A stretch of 62,968 bases of DNA, counting the filler, from Octopus bimaculoides (lineage: Eukaryota), in assembly GCF_001194135.2 (NCBI RefSeq). It is 5 parts of 4 records of this genome, joined end to end, with 100 filler letters (N's around TTAATTAATTAA, not from the genome) between each part and the next. Parts side by side here need not be neighbours in the genome. Positions count along the whole stretch, not along the records: positions 17,470 to 42,822 come from NC_068992.1; 4 more parts are not named here. One strand, 5' to 3'. How positions within the stretch are numbered: position 1 is the stretch's first letter; each line of letters begins with the position of its first letter. Position numbers and translations under genes: made by a program. Positions 26,509-39,445 of this stretch are shown one piece after another. The notes beneath the pieces are model-generated. The model worked only from the letters and a program-made list of their open reading frames with translations. It made no database searches and was not told where the DNA came from.

Positions 26509-27742
26509 CAGGCTACGAGATGTATTTGAGGAAATATTTAGTAACTAAATAAATCAATTCAAATCTTGCAATTCTCAAAATTATGTTAATAGAAATTTGT
26601 GCACGTTCTCGACAAGACTTCTTATAAGATTACTGTGAATCCACCTTCAGCTTTAATAATAAGTGTTTCAATGTCGGACGACAGTCGTTGCCTGCACTAA
26701 AATGATCGTTTTACATTTCAAACATCTCCTGGATAATGACGACCTTCAGTAAAGCAATGTTATTAGACGCTCTTTCAACAACGCTCCAAATGTAGCAGTC
26801 CATAGAATTCAAGCCTGATGAGTTTGGAGGCCACATGTTTGGTATTACATGGTCATAAGGAGTGTTTGGTATCCATTTTTGGCCTGCATGGGCTGTGCGA
26901 GAAGGCCCTGAGTTTTGTTAAAACATGAATAGTCTTCCACTCTGTACTTCCACCATTCAGGGCTCAACAACTGTTCCACTACACCCACCACGTATCTTGC
27001 AATATTATTTTTAAGACACTGTGGAAAGATGTAATTAGCATGACATCTCCTCCGTTATTCATCACTCCTAGGGCCATCACAGATGCTAGAAACTTCGAGA
27101 GGATCACCCCGTGGATATCAGAAGGACCTGCACATAACCACCTGTCATTTCACCTGTTAGACTTTTGGTCTTGGTGAAAGTTTTTCGCATCAGCGAAAAA
27201 CAAATGCATCGTGAGGGTTTGCGAAGGTTTTTAATCTTAAGTAACCGCTTGTCACGGATCAATCAGTATTCCTATGTCTGTGTCGGGCCTATTCCCAGTG
27301 CATACGGCTTGTATCGTATGTCCTTGTACACTGCAGTCCTGATTGTCGACCTTGAAACCTAACGTTCTTTCGCGATGTCCCTCAGTAATGTTCGGCCATC
27401 ATCATCAATGTTTTTAAATTTGTTGGATGATTTTCGCTGTCTTTTTCGAGAACGAAATTTTAATTTTTTTAATCTCTTTGACATAGTTGAAACATTTCTA
27501 GCAGAATTTTCCAGTTCTATCCGAACTTTGTGAAGAAAAGATGTTACGACATTTGGAAATATGGTAATTTCTACATCGTGTGTTCCACTCATAAAGCAGC
27601 AATATGTGCATTTCTATTAATTTCTTGTGTTAGCATTTAATTTATCTGCTATAGAAGATCTGAAAGAATTAAAAACATTTTAATTGATTTGAAGAGTAAT
27701 ATATCGATCATTAAGTATCCTCAAATGCCGCTCGCAAACCTG
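26509..27742 (-). mobile_element. Full-length decayed Tc1/mariner transposon, maT/DD37D-like
   Basis: Imperfect TIRs (caggctacgagatgtatttgagga vs caggtttgcgagcggcatttgagga) and TA at the right flank. Minus frames give LFFADAKNFHQDQKSNR*NDRWLC, WPPNSSGLNSMDCYIWSVVER and AEGGF. Confidence 0.9.
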
Positions 27743-27760
27743 TACATACATACATACATG

Positions 27761-27815
<55 letters not shown>

Positions 27816-29398
27816 CTTGTAGAAATACATAAATCCGGAGGAGAAGCACACTCTATCATATAGAGCAGTTATTCGTATATATATGTAAGTATGCATGTAT
27901 GTATTTATACATGAATTTATGTATGAAAAGAGAGACAGAGAGCGAAAGAGATTTACCGCTACTATATATATATATGAACGCTGTTGTCATTCTTTGAAAA
28001 CATGCTCATCTCAAATGAAAACCTCTTAATTATCCATTTTTAAGAACCGAAATAAATTTAACCTCTTGAAAAATTACATGCTAAGAGGAAATTAAATTAA
28101 GATATAACGAAAATAAGACAGAGCTGGTAAATGGACAAATGACGAAGATAAGGAATAGGAAGGTAAATAAATTGTGTGAAATCGCTTAGTGGGCTGAAAA
28201 GAAACGATCGCCTCGTTCAAATGTCGTTACACGAACTTCAAGGATCAATCTACAGATTTTATACTACGTAAGCTAACACTTGAAATTACAAGTGTTAGCT
28301 CTCGTTCTGCCTTTCCTTTTATTTGTTTTGCATTTTCTTTGTGCCACATTAATTCGAAACGTGAAGTATTTTAAAATTACATTTTCTATTTAACAATATA
28401 TAAAATCAAAATTTAAACTAAAATAATTAGATACAAATAAAACAGCAGGCAAACGCATAAATTTAACTAACAAAATAAAAGAAAGCAATTCACACACACG
28501 TATTTAATTATTGCGTAGTAGGTATTAGAAATTAGATAAATAAAAAAAAATAGGGAGTTGATCTTAAGAGGGTTAAGTTTGGTTATTATTGCAACTTGAC
28601 ACCAAGAGTAAATGTATGACGACAATTAGACGACCTGTATTTCAGCGTTCTAAAAATTAATTACGTTCTTTTTTTTTATAGGTTACTAAGATAATTATAA
28701 AATAAATATTCCAGATATTAAGAACACACTTCATTAAGTTAAACCATATCACTAGCATTCTGTTTGGGGGGTGATGTTGGCTGGTTGAGGCCGTTAGAAG
28801 TCGGAGTAAATACTTTACAGAATTCAGTTAGGAATCTTATCTTTTATTTTTTTTAGATCACGAGTCCAAACCTCATCTCTCTCTCTCTATCTATCTAGCT
28901 CTCTCTCTCTCTCTCTCTCTGTCTCTATCTATCTCTCTCTCTTTCTCTCTTGACCACAAATCATTTTCTTACCGCTTACCAGTAGACAATTTGCAACTCC
29001 ATGACAGATATATCCCAGACAAACAGTGCTACTGCCTTCTCTATTGTTAGAAGTGGGGATAAATGGGATCAGTGGAGGTCGCTTATTCCTTCCCCCCTAG
29101 TAAAATTCCGGCTAACCACTAAATTTCTCTGATCTGATTGAATGTACATTACTTTGGAAAATCCATTCTGTCAAATGAAATAGTAACAGGATCATTGAAA
29201 ATATTTTGCTCTGTGTTTTTTAAAATATATTAAACACTTGGAATGTCCTTGACTGTAAAGTTCTTATATTCATTTGAGGTAAACGGATTCTTTATAATAA
29301 TATAATGTACTCATTAATCAATTAAAGAAGTCGTTAGAAACGGCCGTAATAAAATGACACTTGTCTTTCAATTGTTATATATATATTTTATATATATA

Positions 29399-30391
29399 CA
29401 TGACAGAAGAAAATAGACACCCCTATAGTCATTAAAGTTTATTTAAATCTGAAATTATGCATTCAAATTATTTATTAATTGTTATAATGTAAATATTTAA
29501 TATTTAGTAGACGTGCCCTTTGCATTTTTCAATGCAAGGACCCTATTAGGCATGTTACTGATCAGATGACGAATATTCTCTTGAGGAGTTTCTTGCCAAG
29601 TTTCATGCAGTAATCTCAAAAGATCTGGCTTAGAAGATGCTTTCTTGTTCTTTTTATGAAGTGCCCTGTCCATTATGTCCCAGAGGGTTCACATCTGGTG
29701 ACTGGCTTGGGCATGGAAGCTTTTTAACGCCATTCTCATCCAACAAATCTTGGGTCATTTAAATCGTGTGACAAGGAGCCCCATCTTCCATAAATAAAGA
29801 AACTTCCTTAAGCATTTCACCACTGGAGAAGACCGGAGGGAGTCCTTTCTGCAATATGGACATATATTTTTCTGAGTTCATGTTTCCATCAAACTCCACC
29901 AGCTCTGATCAACCATTGCTTCAAATTGCTCCCCAGACCATCACAGAATAGCTGCCGTGTTTCATTCTTGATCGCAGGATCTCCAGACCAACACTCGACC
30001 ACTGTCAGTAAATACAGCAAATCTGGACTCACAGGAGAATATGACAGTGTCCCAAAAGGCTAGTGGCCTCTCCACCTGACCCAATCTTTTCTCAGCTTGA
30101 TGCTGGCTGGTCGAAGAAGTGGCTTCCTTCTTGCTGCTCTGCCATAGTAACCAAGTTTGTGGAGATACTTGACATCAACTTTTTCTGCAATATCAGAGGC
30201 CTTGCAATGCGAATTATCCTCCATACCTCTTTTAACAAAGAGCAAAGACCTGTCGGAAGGCCCTGGTTGATCTGAACGAAGTGATGTGGACTCCTTCCCC
30301 TCTCTGGTGAGTTGCACAATCACTCTATTAACCGTAGAAAGCGGGATCCCAAGGTTTTCTGCGATGTTACGCTGACTATATCTACCTTTAG
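29399..30391 (-). mobile_element. Tc1-like transposon (DD34E type), decayed; other end in or beyond the gap
   Basis: [36 protein letters not shown] and KGTSTKY* (stop about 29497). TIR-like end ta|catgacagaagaaaatagacacccc. Confidence 0.9.
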
Positions 30392-30671
30392 NNNNNNNNN
30401 NNNNNNNNNNNNNNNNNNNNNNNNNNNNNNNNNNNNNNNNNNNNNNNNNNNNNNNNNNNNNNNNNNNNNNNNNNNNNNNNNNNNNNNNNNNNNNNNNNNN
30501 NNNNNNNNNNNNNNNNNNNNNNNNNNNNNNNNNNNNNNNNNNNNNNNNNNNTTTCATTCATTATTAAAATTAGGCTTTGTACTTAGTATATATTCACAGT
30601 CCGAGTAGATGGAGAGTGAATCAGAAATGTATGAGTACACACACACTGGTTTATAGACATATAACAGTACC

Positions 30672-30823
30672 TGTGTGGTAAGTAGCTTGCTTACCAACCA
30701 CATGGTTCCAGGTTCAGTCCCACTGCATGGCACCTTGGGCAAATGTGTTCTACTGCAGCCTCGGGCCGACCAAAGCCTTGTGAGTGGATTTGGTGGATGG
30801 AAACTGAAAGAAGCCTGTCGTAT

Positions 30824-30859
<36 letters not shown>

Positions 30860-30895
30860 NNNNNNNNNNTGGAAACTGAAAGAAGCCTGTCGTAT

Positions 30896-30938
<43 letters not shown>

Positions 30939-31145
30939 CGTGTGTGTGTTTGTGTGTCTGTGTTTGCTCCCACCACCACCATCGCTTGACAACCGATGTT
31001 GGTGTGTTTAAGTCCCCGTAACTTAGCAGTTCGGCAAAAGAGACCGATAGAGTAAGTACTAGGCTTACAAAGAATACGTCCTGGGATCGATATGTTCGAC
31101 TAAAGGTGGTGCCCTAGCCTGGCCGCGGTCAAATGACTGAAATAA
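30672..31145 (+). mobile_element. SINE family A, full length (internal duplication across a 10-N gap is an assembly artefact)
   Basis: Head, central array and tail are present. Confidence 0.9.
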
Positions 31146-31269
31146 ATAATATATATATATATATATCACTCATACGTAATGAAGGACGACACACCGCTAA
31201 ACACTTTGTCCGGCGTGCAAACAATTCTACCACCTCGCCGCCTTGGGAGGAATGAAAATAACCTTTCTA

Positions 31270-31475
31270 CTATAGGCACAAAGCCTGAAATTTGTGAAGA
31301 AAGGATTAGTCGATCACATCGACCCTAGTGCTCAACTAGTACTTAATTTATCGACCCCGAAAGGATGAAAGACAAACTCGACCTCGGTGGAATTTGAACT
31401 CACACCGTAAAGACGGACGAAATGCCGCTAAGCATTTTGCCCGGCATGCTAACGATTCTGCCAGCTCGCCGCCTT
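31270..31475 (-). mobile_element. SINE family B
   Basis: Close reverse-complement match, including ctgccagctcgccgcc. Confidence 0.9.
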
Positions 31476-31999
31476 GAACAGAAACAAAATAACGCTAACG
31501 TATTTAGTCTGAGACACTTGTGAATCTCTCATCTCAGTAAAGCATCTCATTTTCTCCTAAAATATTATTTCCTTTTGACACATCACAAAGTTAATCTTTC
31601 ACGAGGAGAGTATATAGTTGATTGTTTCGACATCACTCTATTATTTATGGATGTTTCATCGACCTCAGTGAGATGAAACAACCAAAGTGAAAATCTCTTG
31701 AAATGTGGAATCAGAATATAAAATTAGGTGATTAACTACTATAAAAACCGTTACTGCAAACTTATCGCTCTATAATCTCTTTAAAATAAAAATTTCTTTT
31801 TAAGTACAGAAGAAACTTTATAGAAGTGTTCGTACAACATGACCGCCGCAATATATTACTGTTATTTATTATATTACTTCTAATATAAGTACAAGGGTTT
31901 CGTCGATTAAATCAGCCTCAGCCCTTGACTGATATCTTATATCGATCATGGAATATTGAAAGCGTGTGACTCATATTTAGGGCGTTATATTCTCGATTG

Positions 32000-33000
32000 C
32001 AAAATTTTGGTTTCGATTCCCGGAGTGGTCGGTGCGTTTTATTTTTGAACACTTCATTTCAAGTTGCTCCACTTCATTCAGCTGTAAATGAAGTAACACT
32101 GCGACAGATTGGTGTCCGATCATGGGGAGTGTTGTCGTCTCGGTCGCTAATACCTCATGGAAACCGAATAACCAGCCCTTATGTGTTCTAGAGAGCGGGA
32201 CAGCAATGTTTCGGGATTTTTTATAATGAATAATGAAATGTAAATTTGACATCAGCGTGATTTGACACACAAAAGGAACACATGCTTGTTTCTTTATTGC
32301 CCACAAGAGGCTAAACATAGAGGGACAAACAAGGACAGACAAAGGGGTTAAGTCGATTACATCGACCCAAGTGCGTAACTGGTACTTAATTTATCGACCC
32401 CGAAAGGATGAAAGGCAAAGTCGACCTCGGCAGAATTTGAACTCAGAACGTAACGGCAGACAAAATACTGCTAAGCATTTCGCCCGGCATGCTAACGTTT
32501 CTGCCAGCTCGCCGCCCTATTTGTTCCTAAAAGGAACAATTACTGCAAAGCATTATTCCAACGCTCTGACAATTTGGCCATAGTTCAGCTTCCTTTATTT
32601 ATTATATTGGTTTCAAAGGCCAGAAATTTAGGTGGGTGGAGGGTGTGAGTCGATTATATCCACCCCGGTGCTCAAATAGTGCTTATTTTATTGACACCGA
32701 AAGGATGAAAGGGTAAACCGACCTCGGTGACATTTGAACTCAGAACGTATAAACTGACGAAACGTCACTCAGCATTTTGTCCGGTGGGCTAACGATTCCG
32801 CCATCTCGCCGTGATTGCGTTATTTATTGGATTGGTTTCAAATTTTAGCACAAGGCCTACAATTTTGGGGGAGCGAAAAGTCGATTACATCAACCCCAGT
32901 ATTCAACTTTGTGAGCTCAAACTCCACCAAGATCGACTTTGTCTTTCTATCTTTTGGGGTCGATAAAATAAATACCAGTTGAGCACTAGGTTACATATAA
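32000..33000. mobile_element. SINE cluster: family C head (32000-32200 plus), family B copies (32290-32518 minus, 32600-32812 minus, fragments 32830-33000)
   Basis: Motif matches to each family. Confidence 0.8.
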
Positions 33001-33044
33001 TCGACTATCATAATTTTTCAGGTCTGGTACCTATATTAGAAAGG

Positions 33045-33066
33045 ATTATTATTATTATTATTATTA

Positions 33067-33108
<42 letters not shown>

Positions 33109-33135
33109 TTATAATTATTATTATTATTATTATTA
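33045..33135. repeat. (ATT)n microsatellite; a second array at 33299-33362 is followed by (GT)n(GA)n
   Basis: Directly visible. Confidence 0.95.
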
Positions 33136-33310
33136 TTATATTATGTTTGACTTTTGCTTTGCATTTGTACAAGTTGGATCCAAGTCTCACCCAGAGACCT
33201 CAAGAGACAACAAGTTAGAAGTTCATGTAGGTGTTATGCGTAGGGTACCATATATTTCGATTTGTACATAGTGTTGTTCTAGAGAATGTTTAAGAATTAT
33301 TATGATTATG

Positions 33311-33363
<53 letters not shown>

Positions 33364-33375
33364 CGTGTGTGTGTG

Positions 33376-33427
<52 letters not shown>

Positions 33428-33499
33428 AGAGAAAGAGATTATATGCTTTTCTCGCAATGTAGAGAAAAATATCTATTTGAAGACTTCCAAGGAAATTAT

Positions 33500-33720
33500 T
33501 GGTAAGGCAGCTTTTACTACGAAGCATTTGGGGGAATAACATAAATGTACTGATTTGAGAACGAGAGAAGGGTCAGAGGTGTTCCGCAACTTGCTAGTTT
33601 AGAGAGAAAGGTGTCAAAAACAAAGTATGAACGGTTGATCCCAACAACGGATCTATTGGCTATGATATTTATTTCAATGGCTATGAATTTTAGTTGGTTG
33701 ACGTGTACGTAAGTCTCTGG
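33500..33720 (+). mobile_element. L1/Tx1-like LINE apurinic-endonuclease fragment
   Basis: ...FREKGVKNKV*TVDPNNGSIGYDIYFNGYEF*LVDVY resembles the DPxGRxxxxD...FRLVxVYAP stretch of L1/Tx1 endonucleases. Confidence 0.5.
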
Positions 33721-34169
33721 TTGGAGTTTCAGTTTAGCTTTGGAAATGGTCAGCAACTGAAGGTTACAATAGGCGCAGTCTCATATTCACGTGAAGGTTT
33801 TATCTTTTATCCTCTATGACTTACTCTTTTTAGTCATTAGACTGCGACCATGCTGGGGTAATGCCTTGAAGTGTTTAGTCTAACAAATCGACTCTAGTTA
33901 GTTATTTTGTTTTAATCCTGGTACTTATACTATCGTACTCTTCCTAACGCCTGCTAAGTTATGGGGCAATATTTTGCCTGCTCCTCTCATTTTTCAATGC
34001 TGCTAATTAATGCGTTCTCTCAGACTTCGGATCAAAGAATTTCCTACTTTTCGGGGTTGATAAAATAGGTACTAGTTGAGCCCAGGTGTGGATGTAATTG
34101 ACTGCTCCCCTTCTCTCCAAATATCAGGCCCAATTCGTATAGTAGGAAAGAATATTAAGTCATTGAAAT

Positions 34170-34372
34170 AGCACAGTCGTTAGCACACCAGGCAAAATGC
34201 TTAGCGGTATTTCTTCCGGCAATTTACGTTCTGAGTTCAAATTCATCTAAGATCGAATTTACTTTTTATCCTTTTGGGGTCGATAAAATAAGTGCCAGCT
34301 GAGTACTGGAGTCCACGTGTCGAACTTACCATTCCCCTCAACTTGCTGGCCTTGTGCCAGCATTTGAAACCA
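34170..34372 (+). mobile_element. SINE family B
   Basis: cgttagcacaccaggcaaaatgcttagcggtattt...gtgccagcatttgaaacc. Confidence 0.85.
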
Positions 34373-34619
34373 ATAATAACGGCTTATTTGCATTGGCAAA
34401 CAGACGAAACATCTGTGATGGAGGTGTATTTATGCTGTGATATTATTCATCCGTCCTTGACAAAACACACAACACGATAAAAGTCAATATAGATCCAAGC
34501 GAAATTTGAACTCAGACAGCAAAGCGTTGGAACTAAATGCTAAAATTCATTTTGTCTGATAACAACAACATCTGACGCCCATTAATTTTCAGTCGCCCGC
34601 TTATGAATATCAAAGCATT

Positions 34620-34690
<71 letters not shown>

Positions 34691-35343
34691 TATATATATG
34701 TGAGTGTGTGTTTCTAGATATATAAGCACTAAAACATACTCAGGCACACACAGAGACATACACACATATATAACATATATTTGTATAAGAATATAGTAAT
34801 ATATGTATGCATGTGTGTATGTATGTACGTATGTATGTGTGCATGTATGTAACTATGTACATATATGAAATCCGATATGGTTTTGAACGAATGAAAACCG
34901 TAACACAATACCAGTGAATCATAGGTAAAATGAAAAGAACAAAGAAACTGATCAGAATAAGTTATTTAAAAATCAAAAAAAACAAGGAAAAAAAGCAAAG
35001 AGACGGGAAAAGCCTCACTAAATCCTACGTTATAACTCGTTTCTTTGACGTTTGATGCGATCAAAGAGTCTATTATTTATAGTCCGATCGCCTCCTAAGA
35101 GAGGATGATAATGGAAACCATGATGATGATGAAGAAAACGACAACGATGTCGTTGATAATAAAAACAAAACCTTTAACTGCTACTATTACTACTACTACT
35201 ACTATAATAATAATGATGATGATAATGATAATAGTAGCAGTAGTTTTAGTAGGAGTAATAATAAAATTGATTTAAAATTTCTATAGCCCAACTAGATTGA
35301 TAAGAGTGATAGATAATGCAATTATATAAATATACAGGTATTA

Positions 35344-35393
<50 letters not shown>

Positions 35394-35404
35394 TTGTGTA
35401 TGAA

Positions 35405-35727
35405 GGCGGCGAGCTGGCAGAAATGTTAGCACGCCGGGCGAAATGCTTAGCGATATTTCGTCTGCCGTTAGGTTCTGTTCTGAGTTCAAATTCTGCCGAG
35501 GTCGACTTTGCCTTTCATCCTTTCGGGGTCGATAAATTAAGTACCAGTTACGCACTAGAGTCGATGTAATCGACTTAATCCCTTTGTCTGTCCTTGTTTT
35601 TCCCCTCTATGTTTAGCTCCTTGTGAGCAATAACGAAATAAGAAACGTTAGCACGCCGGGCGAAATGCTTAGCGATATTTCGACTGTCTTTACGTTTTGA
35701 GTTCAAATTCCGCCGAGGTCGACTTTG
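35405..35727 (+). mobile_element. SINE family B tandem dimer (full copy plus truncated second copy)
   Basis: The second gaaacgttagcacgccgggcg starts right after the first tail at about 35642. Confidence 0.9.
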
Positions 35728-36723
35728 CCCTTTTGGTGTGGGTTCTTGGAACGGTATTGAAAAGTGTGCCCCGATATCCCATGTTCGGATGTGGTGTTTT
35801 AGGGGGCCGTCGTTGGTAATTATTGCCTGTGATACGGGTTTGTTGTGCATGGTTGTTTAGTAGATTGTTGGAACGAAAATGTCGTTGGTAACTCCTTATG
35901 GGGGTAAAAGGAGGTTTAACATCCTACTACTATCACACCACCTACATTCGTTTCTTATTCTCCCTTCTCTATCTCCTTCTTCTTTGTCTTCTTCTCCGCC
36001 ACCTCCTTCCTAACTTTACCACTACTGCTGCTTAGAATAACACCTACGGAAATTTTATAAAGAATGCATTCAAGAGATGTCTGAAGAATTCAATCACTAC
36101 TACCATCCACAACAAGTCACTTTCAGGGCACGTGATCATTTAACATCCTATTACTATCATGGCACTCCCGCATTCTTCTTCTTCTCCTCCTCCTCCGCCT
36201 TCTTCTTCTTCTTCTTCTTCTGCTTCTTCTTCTTCTTCTTCCCTTCACAACGATCTCGAACCCACAAGAGTAAACAAGAGAGGCAGGGATAGGCAGAAAC
36301 AAGGAAAATGCCTTTTGTATTTGAATACTATGCAAATATTCTTTTAAAAAAATTTTCTTTTAATTCTTCCAAAATCTAATTGTTTTCCTTCAAAAAGTCT
36401 CAATGACTGAAACCGGTACTGAAATGTTTTTTATAAAATTATTTTAGCATTTTCTACCTTGACTTTATTTATTTATGCAGTGAGAACACCACATAAGATG
36501 TGCAATGAAAATGTACTCCTCAGCTGCATAATGGAAGTTCATTTCAGAAAGTCATTTTGTAAATGTGTGCAAATACAAGAGTAGAAGATGAAGAAAATAC
36601 TATCTTGATTGATAATTTTTAAGATTCAAGAGAATCAGGTACTTCTAATAGCGCATAGTTCATAACATATAGCAGAAACAGCAGAAAGCAAATGATTTCT
36701 TACTTCCATGTCATTTAAATTTA

Positions 36724-37145
36724 CGTATATGAAGGGAACGCTATCAAGTTTTCTTTAAAAAAAAACCGTTAGTACATACAACGTCAAAGTATTTTTTAGA
36801 AAGAATCTTATAGAATTTATAAAATTCGACCTTTGACTGTCTTCTTACATTCCTATCGCTCTATATCTCTTCACTATTAGTTTTCTACTAATTTCTTTCT
36901 TTCTCCTCCTTCTCTTTCTATAAACTACTTTGACGTTGTATCTACGAAAGGTTTTTTTAAAAAAAGCTTGATAGCGTTCCCTTCATCCTATACGCAGTCA
37001 TCACTTTCTGTTAAAATATCTTATTGCTGTGTTTGGTTCCTTTCTTTCCCTGAGGAGAAGATTGCATTGTTTTACACCATTTTATTCCTTGTGGAATAAT
37101 AACAATGTTGTCTCCGAAACATGTTGGAAGTAAAAGAATTTGAAT
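36724..37145 (+). mobile_element. Penelope-like pLTR (36820-37145) with a partial inverted copy (36724-36791)
   Basis: Homologous over about 300 nt to 49570-49930, which follows a GIY-YIG C-terminus. Contains a hammerhead motif. Confidence 0.8.
37046..37129 (+). ncRNA. Hammerhead ribozyme motif (minimal type I, long stem II)
   Basis: Stem I UUCC/GGAA. CUGAGGA 37050-37056. Stem II GAAGA/UCUCC (one mismatch) extended by CAUUGUU/AACAAUG. GAAA 37116-37119. Palindromic ACAUGU. GUU triplet. Confidence 0.75.
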
Positions 37146-37331
37146 AACACCTGCGTCTAACTCCATTTATTTATTTATTTATCTATATTATACAAAACAT
37201 TTCACCTAAGCCTGGCGCTTCTACCTTTATAAGTAGGGTGTTACATTCTTGGTACTTGTGTGAATTTTTGTAACACTGGTAACTGTTTATTTTTTCCGTG
37301 TTATTTTTAAACAATGAATAAACACACATAC

Positions 37332-37389
<58 letters not shown>

Positions 37390-37398
37390 GTTCACATA

Positions 37399-38236
37399 CG
37401 TAGTCTGATCAATAAGTATCCGAACCGTTACCATAGTTACGAAGCTGAAGCATTCAGAGTGAAGCCGATTGGACAGATTGACATTAAACCCTTTTAAGCA
37501 TGCGCACTAAGTTTTAACGTTCTAGCTCACTTCCCTTGTTTACAGCAATGCTTGGAAGGAAAGTGTGTAGCGTGTGATCGTCGCATTAACCAAGACAGAG
37601 AGTTGAGCAGAGAATCTGCATCAAATTTTTCCCAAAGCTTGGCGATACCTGCTCAGAGGCCTACGCAAACTTTTCAAACAGTTTTAATCGTTCTCGAAAT
37701 AATCAAGGAGAACTTGTGCAATTGAAACTCGGGTATCTTTTTGGTCAACTAAAGCAGTTTTGGCACCAACTTGGCAGATACGCGTCTCATACCCAAATTT
37801 TCAGTGATAATAGACTAAACTGAACCGTAACAAATCTGCTTCTCCTCTGATAACTCACAGATGGTGATTCGACGATTTCCCCTCACAGCTGCACTCACAT
37901 CTGCGATCTTTTTCTCAGTTCTGCTGGTTGCGTGTCTCCCAGAACATTTGTCACTATTGACGTTTTATCGGCCACCTTGAAAACATCTGAAACATTCTTA
38001 TACTTGTGTAGGGCTCATACACTCCCCTCCATGCACTTTCGGCAACTATGAATAGACGTCTGAGTAGCTATCACCATGTCAGTTTTCTCTCTCATGGTCA
38101 ATGCGACGATCACACGCTACGCACCCTCCTTCCAAGTTCTGCTGTAAACAGCGGAAGTGAACTAGAACGTTAAAAATGAGTGCGCATGCACAGCAGACTT
38201 CAAGATCAATATTTGGCAAGCGGCTGCACTCTCTCG
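37399..38236. mobile_element. Mariner-derived element made of two convergent 5' ends
   Basis: The plus arm 37399-37669 and the minus arm 38236-37670 both carry the subterminal region and transposase start. The minus arm reaches ...ITENLGMRRVSAKLVPKLL. TA at both flanks. Confidence 0.85.
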
Positions 38237-38379
38237 TATATGTATGCGTGTGTGTATATATAGGAAAACATACATATATACACGCACACTCACACACATG
38301 CGCGCACACATATTCATATATACATTCATATCTCCCCCATGTATATGTATGTGTGTATATATATATATATATAACAGTA

Positions 38380-38500
38380 TTAATAAAATAGATGAAATAT
38401 GTAATAGATCTTATTGGGTACAACACATGTTTCGACCTGTTCTGGGTCTCTTCGAGTACATCAATAAAAGTCTCACTAAAGATTTCCTGAGTCAACTTAC
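38380..38500 (-). mobile_element. Penelope-like pLTR remnant with a degenerate hammerhead core
   Basis: Minus strand tcgaaga-gacc-cagaaca-ggtc-gaaacatgt. Confidence 0.55.
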
Positions 38501-38740
38501 GTACTACTATATTTTAATCAAATTCGAGAATGAGTTAAAACAGAAAAATTATTGAAACGCAAAAAATTCAAATATGAACGTGAAAAATATACATTCTAGT
38601 TTACAGAAAATGACGTAGTGAGCCTTCGCTGTTGTAACTGTTTAGAAAAAGAAAAGGAAGTAGAAGTTGAAAGGAAGATAATACTTAGACGAAAATTTTT
38701 TTGTGTTCGTGCTTAGATGCACATATACATACACAGATAC

Positions 38741-38777
<37 letters not shown>

Positions 38778-38819
38778 NNNNNNNNNNCTAGATACACGCG
38801 CGTGTGCACACGTTTGGTC

Positions 38820-38940
38820 ACTGGGATCGATGAAATCGATTATTTCAAGTCCCAAGATTGCTGGTCTTGTGTCAAAATTTGAAACCATTGTCAGGGAGAA
38901 GAAAAGATGGCGAGCTGGCAGAAACGTTAGCATAGCGAGG

Positions 38941-39022
<82 letters not shown>

Positions 39023-39090
39023 GCGCAGGTGTGGCTGTGTGGTAAGACGGTTGCTTCCCAACCATGTAGTTCCGGGTTCAGTTCCACTGA
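38820..39090. mobile_element. SINE family B remnant (38820-38930) and family A head (39021-39090 plus)
   Basis: Motif matches. Confidence 0.7.
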
Positions 39091-39405
39091 AGTTTCTAAA
39101 TGCTAATGGAGTCAACAACATACATTTCCCTCTGTTAAGAATAAAGTTTCTAAATTCAAAAGAAAATTCAAAGGAGTATATTGGCCCAGCAGTAGAGCGT
39201 CCGCCATGTTTACAGGAGTGGGGGTTCGCGCCCCACGTACAGCCTTCATCCTTTCTGTCCAAAGGCTTTTAACTGAATATCCGCATCGTATTATATATAA
39301 GTACGTTATTTTGATAGAAATTTACTATCAATAGTATTATTATAAATATTAAACTTCAACCATGCAATGACTATGTTTTATGCATATAAAGATTAATTAA
39401 ACTTA

Positions 39406-39445
<40 letters not shown>

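Noticed and set aside
22810-26552. Long 200-260-aa ORFs (also 13383-13878, 30060-30608, 57094-57597)
   Set aside because: Their length comes from N runs. Only the Tc1 part of 30060-30557 and the PLE strand opposite 57094-57597 are meaningful.
30789-30940. Apparent tandem duplication inside a SINE (also 44300-44431)
   Set aside because: The duplicated text sits on both sides of a 10-N gap, which indicates unmerged contig overlap.
36481-36638. Exon candidate with a strong acceptor
   Set aside because: There are stops in all three frames, so at most it is non-coding or a decayed TE.
39173-39244. tRNA gene
   Set aside because: A- and B-box-like motifs are present, but the acceptor and anticodon stems are broken and SINE body sequence (ttcatccttt) follows. 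It is a SINE head.
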